64,000 nt of DNA from Chiloscyllium plagiosum. Lineage: Eukaryota. The notes under the pieces were generated by a model. That model made no database searches, was not told the origin of the DNA, and saw only the letters and a list, made by a program, of their open reading frames with translations. Where the stretch lies: assembly GCF_004010195.1 (NCBI RefSeq), contig NC_057719.1, positions 70,390,181-70,454,180 on the forward strand, read 5' to 3'. Positions 26,291 through 39,470 of this stretch are shown one piece after another. A program made the translations under genes and the position numbers. Position 1 is the stretch's first letter; every line of letters begins with the position of its first letter.

Positions 26291-27586
26291 AAGAAAATTC
26301 AGATCCTTTCATTGTCTAGGTCTTAAGTTCTCCTTCTGATTTTCTTTATAGTTGAATCTATTTTCCATTTCTCTTCTGTACAATAATCTCAATCCAGCTC
26401 ATCTCCAACCTTTCTATCACCTTTATTCTTCTCCTTGGTCAGAAGTGCTTACTTTGATGCAGTTACTGAATACATCACAAGGTTAATCAGTGAACATCTA
26501 ACGTTTTTTAATCCACGAATTTAAACATAAGTATCTCAAACAATATATAAAACAAGTATGTGATATGAGTAAAGAAATAAATTAGTTTTTAAAAATGCCA
26601 AATATCTACAAAAAATATTTTGTAACACTAATACATGCATGCATGTATGAGCTGTAGAGTTCTCACTCCAAACGTAGAAGATTGTACATGCAAGCCACAC
26701 TTACAGGCTTGATCACAAAAATCTAGAGTGTTGCTGTTGGAGTGTTGGCTTTTGGATGAAATGTTAGCTTGAGATCCTGCTTGACCTCTGAAGTAAAGCA
26801 GAAGAATGCTTCCTACTGATTTGACCATTAATTATCCATTGATCAACATCTCAAAAACAGATTATCTCTTCACCATCAAACTCGGTTTGTGGGGGTATGT
26901 TCTGCTACAACAGCACACACATTCATTAATTGCAAACGACAACAATTGGGATACGCTGTGCCTTAAACATGTGCTATATAAACAAAATTCTTTCTTCAAA
27001 CAAATATCCAGTTCAAAATATGATTATGGAAAACGGTGTCAATACATCAGTGGTGGGCAAGTTGTTGGAGGGAATCCTGAGGGATATGATGTACATGTAT
27101 TTGGAAAGGCAAGGACTGGTTAGGGATAGTCAACATGGCTTTGTGCATGGGAAATCATGTTTCACAAAATTGATTGAGTTTTTTGAAGAAGTAACAAAGA
27201 GGATTGATGAGGGCAGATCAGTAGGTGTGATCCATATGGACTTCAGTAAGGCGTTCGACAAGGTTCCACATGGGAGACTGGTTAACAAGGTTAGACCTCA
27301 TGGAATACAAGGAGAACTAGCCATTTGGAAAAAGAACTGGCTCAAAGGTAGAAGACAGAGGGTGGTGGTGGAGGGTTATTTTTCACACTGCTGGCCTGTG
27401 AGCAGTGGAGTGCCACAAGGATCGGTGCTGGGTCCACTACTTTTCATTGTTTAAATAAATAATTTAGATGCAAGCATAAGAAGTACAATTAGTAAGTTTG
27501 CAGATGATGCCAAAATTGGAGGTGTAGTGGACAGCGAAGAAGGTTACCTCAGATTAAAACAGAATCTTGATCAGATGGGCTAGTGG

Positions 27587-27750
27587 AGAAAATGAGGTCT
27601 GCAGATGCTGGAGACCAGAGCTGAAAATGTGTTGCTGGAAAAGCGCAGCAGGTCAGGCAGCATCCAAGGAGCAGGAGAATCGACGTTTCGGGCATGAGCC
27701 CTTCTTCAGGCATGAGCCCTGCTGCGCTTATCCAGCAACACATTTTCAAC
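27587..27750. mobile_element. Fold-back PLE terminal insertion (family A) inside CR1
   Basis: 16-bp TSD TCAGATGGGCTAGTGG (27571-27586, 27751-27766). Confidence 0.92.
27677..27710 (-). ncRNA. Minimal type I hammerhead ribozyme motif (PLE family A)
   Basis: Minus strand C-CUGAAGA-A-GGGC-UCAU-GCCC-GAAA-CG-UC-GAUUC. Core intact; helix I is disrupted by the inversion junction. Confidence 0.6.
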
Positions 27751-28795
27751 TCAGATGGGCTAGTGGGCTGAGAAGTGGCAGGTGGAGTTTAATTCAGATA
27801 TATGCGAGGTGCTGCATTTTGTGAAAGCAAATCTTAGCAGGACTTATACACTTAATGGTAAGTATACACTAGGGATTGTTGCTGAACAAAGAGACCTTGG
27901 AGTGCAGGTTCATAGCTCCTTGAAATGGAGTCGCAGGTAGATAGGATAGTGAAGAAGGCGTTTGGTATGCTTTCCTTTATTGGTCAGAGTATTGACTACA
28001 GGAGTTGGGAGGTCATGTCGCAGCTATATAGGACATTGGTTAGGCCACTGTTAGAATATTGCATGCAATTCTGATCTGCTTCCTATCAGAAAGATGTTGT
28101 GAAACTTGAAAGGGTTCAGAAAAGATTTACAAGGATGTTGCCAGGGTTGGAGGATTTGAGCTATGGGGAGAGGTTGAATAGGCTGGGGCTGTTTTTCCTG
28201 GAGCATCGGAGGCTGAGGGGTGACCTTATAGAGGTTTATAAAATCATGACGGGCATGGATAGGATAAATAGACACTTTTCCCTGGGTGGTGGAGTCCAGA
28301 ACTCAGGTTTAGTGTGAGAGGGGAAAGATATACAAGAGACCTAAGGGGCAACTTTTTCATGCAGAGGGTGGTACGTGTATATAATGAGCTGCCAGGGAAA
28401 GTGGTAGAGGCTGGTACAATTGCAACATTTAATAGGCATCTGGATGGGCATTTGAATAGGAAGAGTTTGGAGGGATATAGGCTGGGTGCTGGCAGTAGGA
28501 CTAGATTGGGTTAAGATGTCTGGTCGGCATGGACATGTTGGGCTGAAGGGTCTGTTTCCATGCTGTACATCTCTATGACTGTGACTCTACATATATCTCA
28601 TTAAAAACATGATACATAAATTGCACAGGCCTTCTAGAGTAGTCACTTACCCTAACTCTCATAGGAGACTGGTGCAATCCACAAGGGAATGACACAAACA
28701 GTTGTTTATACTTACTGCAGGAGCTACTATAAGATCAGTAGAATATTTGGTCCACCATGTCACCTGTTAGTATGCAATTATTGGCACCATAACAC

Positions 28796-29333
28796 ATGCG
28801 CAAATCTCTATGGAGCACAATGTAGTGGCCCACTGACAGGAACATGCATTTTTTTTCAATTAGTTTTTATCAGCAATTATGGTGAGAATTATAGAACATA
28901 GAACAATGCAGCGCAGAACAGGCCCTTCGACCCTCTATGTTGTGGTGACCAATGAACTAATCTAAATATCTCAGCATGAGGCCCAGCAATCACCTCCATA
29001 GCTTCCCACAGGGTTCTAGGGTACACCTGCTCAGGTCCTGGGGATTTATCCAGTTTTATACGTTTCAAGACATACAGCACTTCCTCCCCAGGACCTAAGC
29101 AGGTGTACCCTAGAACCCTGTGGGAAGCTATGGAGGTGATTGCTGTGCCTCATGCTGAGATATTTAGATTAGTTCATTGGTCACCGCAACATAGAGGGTC
29201 GAAGGGCCTGTTCTGCGCTGCATTGTTCTATGTTCTATAATTCTCACCATAATTGCTGATAAAAACTAATTGAAAAAAAATGCATGTTCCTGTCAGTAGG
29301 CCACTACATTGTGCTCCATAGAGATTTGCGCAT
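28796..29333. repeat. Inverted duplication: 249-bp arms (28796-29044, 29085-29333), 40-bp spacer
   Basis: The arms are reverse complements, with 4 mismatches counted by eye. Confidence 0.95.
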
Positions 29334-29775
29334 TGACATTTTTCAAGATGTCACCATCTACTTCCCTACATTCTATATCTTCTAAATCCTTTTCCACAGT
29401 AAACGATGATGCAAAATACTTGTTTAGTATCTACCCCATCTCCAGTGGCTCCACACAAAGGTCACCTTGCTGATCTTTAAGGGGCACTATGCTCTCCCTA
29501 GTTTCCCTTTTGTCCTTAAATGTATTTGTAAAAACCCTACTTAACTATCTGACCAAACCTATCTTATGTCCCTTTTTGCTCTGATTTCCCTCTTCAGTTT
29601 ATTCCTACTGCCTTTATACTCTTCTAAGTATTCACTCGATCTATCTTGTCGATTCCTTCTGTTTCTTAACCAAACACTCAATTTTTTCATCAGCCAGCCT
29701 TCCCTACACCTACCAGCCTTTTCTTTCATTCTGACAGGAGTATATTGTCTCTGCACTCCCGTTATCTCATTTTCC
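28889..29775 (-). mobile_element. Internally deleted CR1 (CTATGTT tail joined to the EN-RT linker), interrupted by the inverted copy
   Basis: ATAGAACATAGAACA tail. LKRIKLDKSPGPEQVYPRTLWEAMEVIAGP and EYKGSRNKLKREIRAKR. Confidence 0.8.
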
Positions 29776-29865
29776 CACAAGTAGTGGGAAAGAACAGTGT
29801 CCAATCCAGGTATAAATGATCCATCAGTAGTGCCACTGAGTCCCTTCACTGGGATTAATTGGATT

Positions 29866-29920
29866 GATTAGATTAGATTAGATTAGATCTGGTGCTGTGA
29901 GGCAGCAGTGCTAACCACTG
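29866..29920 (-). mobile_element. HE1 SINE remnant: tRNA-like head fused directly to the (TAATC)n tail
   Basis: (GATTA)4 followed by CTGGTGCTGTGAGGCAGCAGTGCTAACCACTG. Confidence 0.7.
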
Positions 29921-32900
29921 GTAGGACAAAAGAATACCATTCCAAATCCACCCACAGTTCATACGTACTCGATTTAACCCCTTCATTTCTGCATTAAATA
30001 ACAGCAGATCTTTGACTATAAAAAACACTAAGCCAGTTGGTTCAATTGTTCTGAAAAAAGCCATGCCATTCTGTGCTGGTTCTCTTAATGTTTATCACTA
30101 TTTTAAAAAATAATGATTAAATTCTTAGGTGCAATAAACAATAACATGATTGTGGGAATATCAAATGAACTCTGTTCTTACACTCAACTGTACTCAAGCC
30201 AATTGTCGCTTTTGTCAGTAAAGAACATAAGTCCAGAAGAAATAAAAGCAAGTATAGATAATATAACCCAGGCATGCTCTGCCATTCAGTGTAATCATGG
30301 CTCATTTTCTGCCTGAACTCCACTTACTCATCAAACCAAATATTCTGTAATTCAGTGAGATCAAAAATGTGTCTATTTCAGCTTTAATCATACAAAGGAG
30401 CATCCAAAACACTCTGTATGAGAATTTCAAGGATCCATAGCCCTTTGTGTGATTACATTTCTCTTCATCTCAGTCTTAAATAATTGGCTTTTTATCCAGA
30501 GTCTTGTCTGCATGTTCTAGACTCCCTCGGAACTGATTGGAGAGAATTATTTGCAACATCAGTGAGCACGTGTGGTTTGGTGCTCAGCACTTTAGTGAGA
30601 GTGAATGACAGAGATGAATCTGGACATCATGGACAAGATGAATTTGAAGAAGGTATGAAAAGAGCTAAGAATGAAATGAGAACAGGATGGAATTTTCGGG
30701 CTAGGGCTGGGCATGAGGAACCTGAGAGGACATGCCTTGTGGTGTGATAAGGAAAGCGAGGAATGTAACAAATTGTCAAACAAATCATCTCGATATGGAT
30801 GCAGAAGAAACTCACGGGAGCTTTGCACTTGTTCTTGAAGGTAAGGATGGAGTGGGTAGGGGAGAAAAGGTTAAAAAATGTATTGCAGTAGAAGCTGGTT
30901 CACTTTCATATTTCAGGATGACCCTGAAATATGTGACAGTGTTTGATATGGTCCAGCCAAATCTGCAGAAATGAAGATTGTCCTGGTGAAATGACCAGTG
31001 TGAGAAAATTGCATAGGGATTTTAATGGAGTCTAAATTCCATGTTTGTCTGTGTAACAATGACCCAGAATTTGTCATCAGCAACAAAGTAAGCACGCCTG
31101 CACTGATTTTGAAGAATGCCTCTCTGTGATGTCTAATGATCCTTGTGGTGAGAAAGTTCCTGCTGTGTTATAGTGAACTGTAATCTTCTTTAAAATAGAT
31201 GTCATCTTGGAGCTCTCCAAACAGCCAATCACACTGAAGTATCCTCATAAAGAGTCATCCAGCAAAAAGATGGTATCAATCAATTTTTAAACATAAAAGT
31301 TAACTAGAACAAGAAAAAGCACAGTGCATGCAGGTGAGGCGAAGGTAGAAACAGAAATCATAACAAACTTCAAACACTTTTTCTTCAAAAACATATTTTG
31401 ATAGCTCATGTAATTAATTTTAACAGCAGCATTTAACAACACTCTACAATTATAAAATTATTTTTCCATTGCTCGATCCGATGTTAAAAATGTTGCTGTT
31501 AAAACCCAGTTGAACAACGTCTAAATTTTAATGGGGATTCTAATTGCAATGTGAGAGTGAAGAGCAAGTTCTTATCAAATAGATATTGTTTAGTGATTTC
31601 TGGCACTAGGGGTGATTTGGGTAGTGGCTAGGTGGAGGGCATCAGTGAGCATGAATGCCCATGAGCCACTGAGGAGGAATTATTAATGCCGGGCCCCAAA
31701 AATAGGATTTCTGAATCTGTGCTGAATTTTGAATTTGCAGTCAGATGAATATTGGTGGCAAATGCAAATAGTTTACAGTCAAAGAAAAAAATTTAGGCTG
31801 CCGTTGTATTCTGTGGTAAACCTTGGGCATTAGTATGGGGAGTAAGAGGGAAACAATTTATATAAGTTGAAAGACTAACTTGTGCAAAATGTTTGCCTTG
31901 ATCTTATCAATGCAGGGTTCGAGGGGCTAAATGACCTACTCCTACCCTTAACTTGCATGTTCATTTTTGTATATTTGTATTTCCAATGTCCTCTGTGGCG
32001 TTCTGACGCTGATGTATTTAATTGATTTGACATAAATAATTACCCTACAGAACATGGCTTCTGTCAACTCAAAGACTTTTGTGAGCCAGGATAAACTCAT
32101 GTCTCTTGAATAATAGTTATTGTAGCAGTACAAAAACAACACAATTGAAAATGTAATTTAATTTACAAGGTAGTTTCAGAGGTAGTACTTATTTCAATTT
32201 ATCGAATTTATCATTTCTATGATAGCAAGGAATGTACTGGTCCTTTCAGTACTGTCATTGAGAATCCTCTGTGAGTTTTTAAGGTTTTTTTTCTGGTTTT
32301 AGTTTTCTGACTCCCTCTTCACTTCTATCTGGTGGTGTTCTCTAACTTGTAAGGAATGCGTTCTGCTATCAAACCAATATATTACTTATGAACAGACTCA
32401 ATAGTGAAGCAAAAAGGCACTTCAAGATGTCATACTGCAGAATGGCAAAATATAGACCTGTGTGCAAGATTTCCCATATATATAGTTAGCAAAATCCCTG
32501 GTATATATTTTGTGACCTCACTTGAACTGTTGAGTGCAATTATATCAGACTGAAATACACAGATACTCCTGGAAGCCAATTACAGACAACACTGTAATCC
32601 ACATCCATATGTTTTCCGGTCCATGATTTGATATGCGATCTGGGGTACACTAAAGAACAGGAGAACATTTCCGACAAAAGTAGTCTGAACAGGTCTCATA
32701 TGATCACATTATTAGCACTTGGTTTTCAATTAGGCAACTATTTAATTTTGTCTTCGATCAAAATCATATAAGCACCTCACTTTGTTTATTTGTTCTCAGT
32801 TTTTGGGCATCACCAGTGAAGCCATCTTGTTCATCCATATGTAAGTACCCAGAAAAGCTATAGTGGATCATGATACTATTAATACAGTATATGCATTATC

Positions 32901-33484
32901 AAAACAAAGTTACAATTTTAAGGAAGATTGAGCTTTATTCATATGCACATGCTTGGGATAGTATGTTATGTAACATACTAAGGCTGTTTAAACTAATCTT
33001 ATTTTAGAAGCATTTAGATTCCATGAATTCAGTGGAATTTCAATTTTGTTGGCAAGTACTTCTGAAATCAGGAAAAGAAAAATTACATGAGCAGTTTCAG
33101 AGGATCTTCCATGCTCATTGTGAATTAGAGAAGATGATGTTTTGTAATGATAGAAACATTGGACTGAAACCTCCATTTTCTTTTTAGCAAAGGGTCAATT
33201 TTGTTAAGATTCACAGAATGTTTCTCTCTGCTAGGTGTTGAGAGATTTCTTGTCATATCATCCTAAACTCATCTCATTAACTACCTACCATATCCCTATG
33301 GTGTCCCCTTCATCTGATGCTAGCTGAATACTAACATTTTGGAAGAAATTGCCACTCACTGGTTATTCTGGAGCAGACAAGCATCACTGGTGCTCACACT
33401 AAGTATAAAGTGCAGTGTGTATCCAAACAGGCTTGCATGGCCCCTGAGACTTTCCTGGGATGTGGTAGACAAAGAAAATTTGGT

Positions 33485-33584
33485 CGCTTATTCCTGATGA
33501 AGGGCTTTTGCCTGAAACGTCGATTTTTCTAACTCCTCGGATGCTACCTGACCTGCTGTGCTTTTCCAGCACCACTCTAATCTT
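33485..33584 (+). mobile_element. 100-bp PLE terminal insertion consisting essentially of the hammerhead and the terminal repeat
   Basis: 17-bp perfect TSD GACAAAGAAAATTTGGT (33468-33484, 33585-33601). Confidence 0.92.
33490..33525 (+). ncRNA. Minimal type I hammerhead ribozyme motif (PLE family B)
   Basis: AUUC-CUGAUGA(33494-33500)-A-GGGC-UUUU-GCCU-GAAA(33514-33517)-CG-UC(33520-33521)-GAUU. Predicted cleavage after C33521. Confidence 0.65.
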
Positions 33585-33626
33585 GACAAAGAAAATTTGG
33601 TGCCATGCCTTGCCACAAGGTACATG

Positions 33627-33838
33627 AGCAGAAATTGTTGGAGTAACTCAACGGGTCTGGCAGCAGCTGTAGACAGAAAATCAGAGTTAATGTTCCAATT
33701 TCAGTGACTCAGAAGGGGTTACTGGACTCAAAACATTGATTCTGCTTCTGTCTCTACAATGTTATCAGACCTGCTGAATTTCTTCAACACTTTCTTTTTG
33801 TGTTTCAGATTGTTAGCATCCATAGCTTTTAGTTTTTC
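33627..33838. mobile_element. Old fold-back PLE-derived element (family E); second copy at ~44365-44672
   Basis: AGAAATTGTTGGAGTAACTCAACGGGTCTGGCAGC...AGACCTGCTGAATTTCTTCAACACTTTC inverted arms. Similar to 44365-44672. Confidence 0.6.
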
Positions 33839-33930
33839 TCATTGCAAACAAGCATGTCCTGGTGAGTGGAGTGTTAGAGAGGAGGGATGTCCCCTTTCCC
33901 CTGAAAGCCACATCATTAAACCCTACCTGG

Positions 33931-34675
33931 TAAAAACAATGACTGCAGATGCTGGAAACCAGATTCTGGATTAGTGGTGCTGGAAGAGCACAGCAGTTCA
34001 GGCAGCATCCAAGGAGCTTTGAAATCAACGTTTTGGGCAAAAGCCCTTCATCAGGAATAAAGGCAGTGAGCCTGGAGCGTGGAGAGATAAGCTAGAGGAG
34101 GGTGGGGGTGGGGAGAAAGTAGCATAGAGACAATGGGAGAGTGGGGGAGGGGATGAAGATGATAGGTCAGGGAGGAGAGAGTGGAGTGGATAGGTGGAAA
34201 AGGAGATAGGCAGGTAGGACAACTCCGGACAAGTCATGGGGACAGTGCTGAGCTGGAAGTTTAGAACTAGGGTGAGGTGGGGGATGGGGAAATGAGGAAA
34301 CTGTTGAAGTCCACATTGATGCCCTGGGGTTGAAGTGTTCCAAGGAGGAAGNNNNNNNNNNNNNNNNNNNNNNNNNNNNNNNNNNNNNNNNNNNNNNNNN
34401 NNNNNNNNTAAAACTTTGATGGATGTGGAAGGCTCCTTTAGGGCCTTGGATAGAGGTGAGGGAGGAGGTGTGGGCGCAGGTTTTACAGTTCCTGCGGTGG
34501 CAGGGGAATGTGCCAGGCTGGGAGGGTGGGTTGTAGGGCGGCATGGACCTGATCAGGTAGTCACGGAGGGAATGGTCTTTGCGGAAGGCAGAAAGGGGTG
34601 TGGAGGGAAATATATCCCTGGTGGTGGGGTCTGTTTGGAGGTGGCGGAAATGTCGGTGGATGATTTGGTTTATAC
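33931..34675 (-). mobile_element. PLE (family B, Neptune-type) 3' part spanning an assembly gap (N at 34352-34408)
   Basis: HFRHLQTDPTTRDIFP...GTFPCHRRNCKTCAH. Tail GTAAAAACAATGACTGCAGATGCTGG. Probable TSD CCT(A/G)CCTGGT. Confidence 0.9.
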
Positions 34676-34947
34676 CTGCCTGGTCTGAAGTTGTCACCAG
34701 GGTGAGTGCAGTCTCAGTCATCTGGAATGATGCCCAGTAGTGGTCCAAGAAAGTCAATGACATTCTTTTCTCTAGTGTTACTACCTTTTCTCTTCTATCT
34801 CACATCTATCCCTGCAACTACTCCCATTTCCTACCAAGGCTAATCCTCTATCACTGCTGCTTCTATATGTGGGAAATAAACTATGAAACCACATAAATGT
34901 ATGTTTAATATTACTTATTGCTAATTTTGATTCTTGGATTCTTATTT

Positions 34948-35818
34948 TGTGAGAATCACGGTTTTGTCTGTACATTTGAAAGGAATAATTGGCTTGTAAA
35001 TATTTTTGTAACCATGGTGCTTTCTTTTAGAAGCAGTTTTTGAGATCTAGCTTTAGAATTAATAGGTTTTTGTACAAATTGGTCGATTTTACAATAATAA
35101 AAAAAACAAATTCTAGTTTACAACGTAAGAATTTTTTTCGCCTTAAGATAAGTACTAGCTTAGATAGAGAGATTTTTATTGGTTTTATATTTGAGATTGG
35201 AGCAATCTTATGAAGTCTGTGGAACAGGATGGCTGTATAGAACAGTGCTTCTGAGAGGGGAAGTATATATAGTGAACTAGGTTACCTTAGAATGAAGAGT
35301 TATTGTTGTCCCAGGCAGAAGTGTTATAATAAATCCCTGAAGAGGTTTCTTAAAGCTGCAAACATTTATAACTCCAGGAAGAGGGCATCTGCAGTTCCAG
35401 TCTAAACGTATGTCACAAGAGACTTAAACTCACTGAGGTGTTAGATTCAGGGACTCAGCTGTACTATTCTATACATGTTGCTTGTACCAGGGATGTGTTT
35501 TGCGTACTATACAAAATCAGTTGTGTTTTCTTTCAATTTTAAAAAGAACTGTTTTGGATTAATGGGAGTATACATTTACAGTGTGTTTACAATCTTTGAA
35601 TTTGTGTTATAATTTGAAGGGTTAGTTTATTCTATTTCAAATTCATTTCTTTGTAATAAACTTCTGTTTTATCATGACAGCAAAATCTGCAGCTCTGCAC
35701 ACTTATGTTTCAGTGAGATATCACTTAGTTAAAATCAAAATATCCACTAGCAAAATCAAGGTTTCTGTCCGGGATCAGTCTCGTTAAGGGAATAACATCA
35801 GTTGAGATCAGTTGTCAA
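34948..35818 (+). mobile_element. Possible old solo LTR of another family
   Basis: Begins TGTGAGA and ends TGTCA. AATAAA at ~35656 is followed by a U5-like tract. No clear TSD. Confidence 0.3.
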
Positions 35819-36817
35819 TGTCATTCATTGCATACAACTTATCATCCTTAATTGTGACACCTTCTCTCTTTTATACCTCACAAGTTCAAGCAGCATGTCT
35901 TTGTGGGCTGCCCTACAAGAAAAGCCCTCCAGTACCTCTTACTAGGGGATTCAGAGGCCTCAGAATAATTGGCAAGATTGCCTCCTGGATCATCACCATT
36001 CCACATATGCCCTGGGGGTCGTCCACCTCCCCCCACAACCCCAGCCCGGGTACTGATGCCTTGGTGGGAGTTTTAGATGGATTATTGTTGCGAGCACAAG
36101 CTGGTGAACACGTCACTTTCACTTCTCTGCAGCTGGCTAAAGAAGAAACCCTCAGGTCTGTTGGCAGTCGGAGTACTGGTGGAAACTAGATACCTGCTCA
36201 GCCCAGGGAGGAGAGAACCCTGTGGCATCACCAATCAAGGGGACCAATCCACGTGCACAGGGAGGAAGAGCAGGCAGGAGTGGTGGAGGCAGTGGCCCTC
36301 ATTGCTAGGAGGGTGCAGGAGGGCAGCTACACAACAGAGAACAATCATGTGATTATCTGCCTGCCTTGATGGACAGGTTGGCAACTGGCATGAGGAGCCA
36401 TGTCTCGTAGTCTCAGGGTCTGCTGGATAAAAATGTAGACTGCACTTCATTGTCCTCACCATTAAACTCTGCAGCAATGGCAATATAACAGGGCGGGGAA
36501 GCCATCGGGTATTGACTTTGACTTTCGTGTTAGGAATTGTTGATATCTACTTTCCTTTCACCGAGCAGTAGAATAGGAAGCAGCCTATTAATGAGCTGAG
36601 ATTCATTATTAATGCAATCGTTAACAGGCTGTAATCCCCCTTAATAGACATTTTGCTGCTTCCCAGTTAGAATCTCAATTTACACCTGGAAATCTGTGAG
36701 TTGCTCCCAAAGTGAAGAAAGTCTTTACTTGACTTCTCACGCTGCTTCTCCCAGATTTCTCGCATAGTCCAGCGTTGTCTCAGATTGAACACATTTTACT
36801 CGAAAGACATGAAGTAA

Positions 36818-37522
36818 TACTATGAAGATGTGGGTGTCCTGTACATTTAGGAGAGCTTAAAAGCTAGCAGTGACACACCAAGTGTTCTGAAAGAAGATAC
36901 AATGTAACATGTGCTCCAGCTACTGGGTTGACTAGGGTAGCTGTTGCCTGGAAAGTACAAAACAGATTCGAATTAGACTAATTAAGTTAAATTATATCCC
37001 CGAAAATACCATCTCCAGTCCAGTCTGAATTTAGTATATTGACAATTTTAAAAGCCAATGACACAATCCGATGCTTTGAGGGTATAAGACTAGGGAAAAT
37101 TGAACAGTTGAGAGGAGAACTGCCAAGCTACCAGCATGTAAACAGACTGCCTAAAAAGAAAGCTCTCTTAAAAGTATCTTCATTGATCAATAACCTGTGA
37201 GGCAGAAGATGAAAAGAAGACCAGAATTCAGAGAAAATGAAAGCTGCCTGGTTTTGAGATAAGAAATTTTGTTTTTTAAATCTTGTTCGGGAGTTTTATC
37301 AGACTAGTAATGTAGAAGGAAAGGTAAAAGATAGGTAAGAGTAAGGACTTGTAAATAGATGTTGGTTAATTATTCTCTGTTATATTATAAGAAATAAAGT
37401 TGTTAGGTTTTACTTTAACTAGTTCTTAGCCTATCGAATATTCACAGATTACTGCACAGGAGAAATCTTTTTTGTGTTGCTAGTTTTAAATTAAGCAGGA
37501 GGGTTTCCCCCTTTTATTAAGA
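36818..37522 (+). mobile_element. 5' LTR of the Gmr1-like retrotransposon
   Basis: Colinear with the LTR at 49368-50097. Termini decayed (TACTATGAAG...TTAAGA vs TGTTATGAAG...TTAACA). TATAAG at 37083, AATAAA at 37393. Followed by a PBS. Confidence 0.88.
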
Positions 37523-37525
37523 GTT

Positions 37526-37543
37526 TGGGGGCTCCTCAGGGAT
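37526..37543 (+). promoter_or_regulatory. Primer-binding site, tRNA-Pro
   Basis: TGGGGGCTCCTCAGGGAT vs the tRNA-Pro complement TGGGGGCTCGTCCGGGAT (16/18), 3 nt after the LTR. Confidence 0.88.
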
Positions 37544-39470
37544 TTGAACTGGTTTAGACAGATTTGAATAGATTTAGAGGTACGAAAAATCCCTAGATCT
37601 TTAAATAAAACTTAGGTGAGATGTTTACTTTCAGTGACTTGTGGTTGATTAAATTATAAGTGAGAGAAATGGCTCTTAAAATTGCTGAAGAGGTTCTGGG
37701 ATTTGAAGATGTTTCTCAAATTTGCCAAGAAAGTTTAGAAGGAAAGAAAAAGGCCATACTTATAGAATTAGCAATAAGTTAGATTTGGGTTTAACCAAGG
37801 ACAAAAACAAAGCTGAAATTGTAAGGGAATTAATTCGAACACTTAGATGTATCAGAAAAACAGACAAGTGCAGTAGAGGTAGAAAAACTTAAATTACAGA
37901 AGTGGAAAATGGAGTTATAGGATAAACAAAGAGAGAGAGAGGAAAGAGAGAGGGACAGAGAAAGGGAAAGAGAGAAGAGAGGGAGAAAGAAAGAGAGAGA
38001 GAAAAAAGAGAGAGAGGATAAAGAAAGAGAGAAAGTTCTTAGCAGAACAAAAAGAGCGAGGATTGAACTTGAGAAGTTGCAACTCAGTCGGCAAAATTAA
38101 GTTAAAAGGATGAAGTTAAAAGAGAAGATAGTGATACATATATATAAATAAGTCAAAACTCTGCCACATTTTGATGAGAAAGAGGTTGAAGTTTTCTTTA
38201 TTTCATTGGAAAAATTGGCCAGGCAGATAGATTGGTCCGAGGATTTATGGGTAATGCTAGTTCAGATTAAACTGGTAGGGAGAGCTTGTGAGGTACTTGC
38301 CGCACTGTGAAATGAGGGGTCAAGAGATTATGAAGAGGTTAAACAAGCTATTTTATATGCTTATGAATTGTTACTAGAAGCATATAGACAGCGGTTTAGA
38401 AACACAAAGAAGGAACCAGGTTAGACTTATGTTAAGTTCGAAAGAATTAAGCATAGTCATTTTGATCTATGGGTGCGTGCTTTGAAAATAGATAAGACCT
38501 TTGAGGCTCTAAGAGAAATAATTCTGCTGAAGAAGTTTAAAAACTCACTTCAAGAGATGGTAAGAATTCACATGGAGGAACAGAGAGCTCAGGAAGTGAG
38601 AAGGGCAGCAGAATTAACAGATGAGTACATGTTGGTGCATAAGACAATCTTCCAGCCTAAATTTTGTCCTGTGAGGGATAGAAATTGGGAGAAGGAGAGA
38701 TCCTACACTACTAAACCAAGAGTAGGGAACACTAATAAGAATTTACCACAGTATATAAAAGAAGCCCAAAAGGGTGGAAAGGAGGTGAAAGGCTTCAGGT
38801 GTTTTCACTGTGTTAAAGTGGGACATGTAAAGTCACAGTGCTGGTCGTTAAAGAAAAGCACTGTAGGAAAGGATGTAGTAAAAGAAGCTAAGCCAGCGGC
38901 ATTAGTGAAGGTAGTAAAGGAGACCCCAAGAAGAGTTGAGGAACTGCAGGAGAGTGCATAGCATAGGCAGAGGCTGGGTATGGTGTTAGTACCTGCTCTC
39001 TACAGAGAATTCACCTCTGTCGTAAAGATTGCTCAGTAAGAACAGGGAGAGAAGGACAAGAAGTTATAATTTTGAGAGATATTGGATCTAACCAGTTGCT
39101 GATAGTAAGAGATGAGTGAATATACACTCTTTCTGATCTGTTACCTGAGAATGTAGTAATTTGTGGGATAGAAGAACAGAAATTTAGTGTCCCCCTGTGT
39201 AAGATCAGGTTGGAGTGCCAACTTAATACAGGGGAAGTTACAGTGGGAGTGATTGACAGAGTGTCAGTTCCAGGAATTCAGTTTGTTCTTGGGAATGGTT
39301 TGGCAGGATCCAAGGTGGCAGTGACACCCCTTGTTGTGGAGAAGCCCAAGGAAGATCAAGAAACTGAGAAGTTAAAACAGAAATACCCTGGTATTTTCCG
39401 AGACTGTGTGGTCACCAGATTCCACACTCATAGGTCACAGCACGAGCAAAAACTAAAGAGAAATATCAAG

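Larger units (their letters stand above)
27044..28589 (+). mobile_element. CR1 LINE (HER1-like), RT domain to 3' tail
   Basis: SQHGF, MDFSKAFDKVPH, SGVPQGSVLGPLLF, KFADDAKIG. CTATGACT tail. Stops and frameshifts present. Confidence 0.95.

Noticed and set aside
34167..34763. Longest ORF (198 aa) as an intact gene
   Set aside because: It reads through 57 Ns and joins PLE frames with flanking DNA.
35812..36790. GC-richer stretch with overlapping ORFs as a host exon or promoter
   Set aside because: No recognisable protein or splice structure. More likely an unclassified old repeat.
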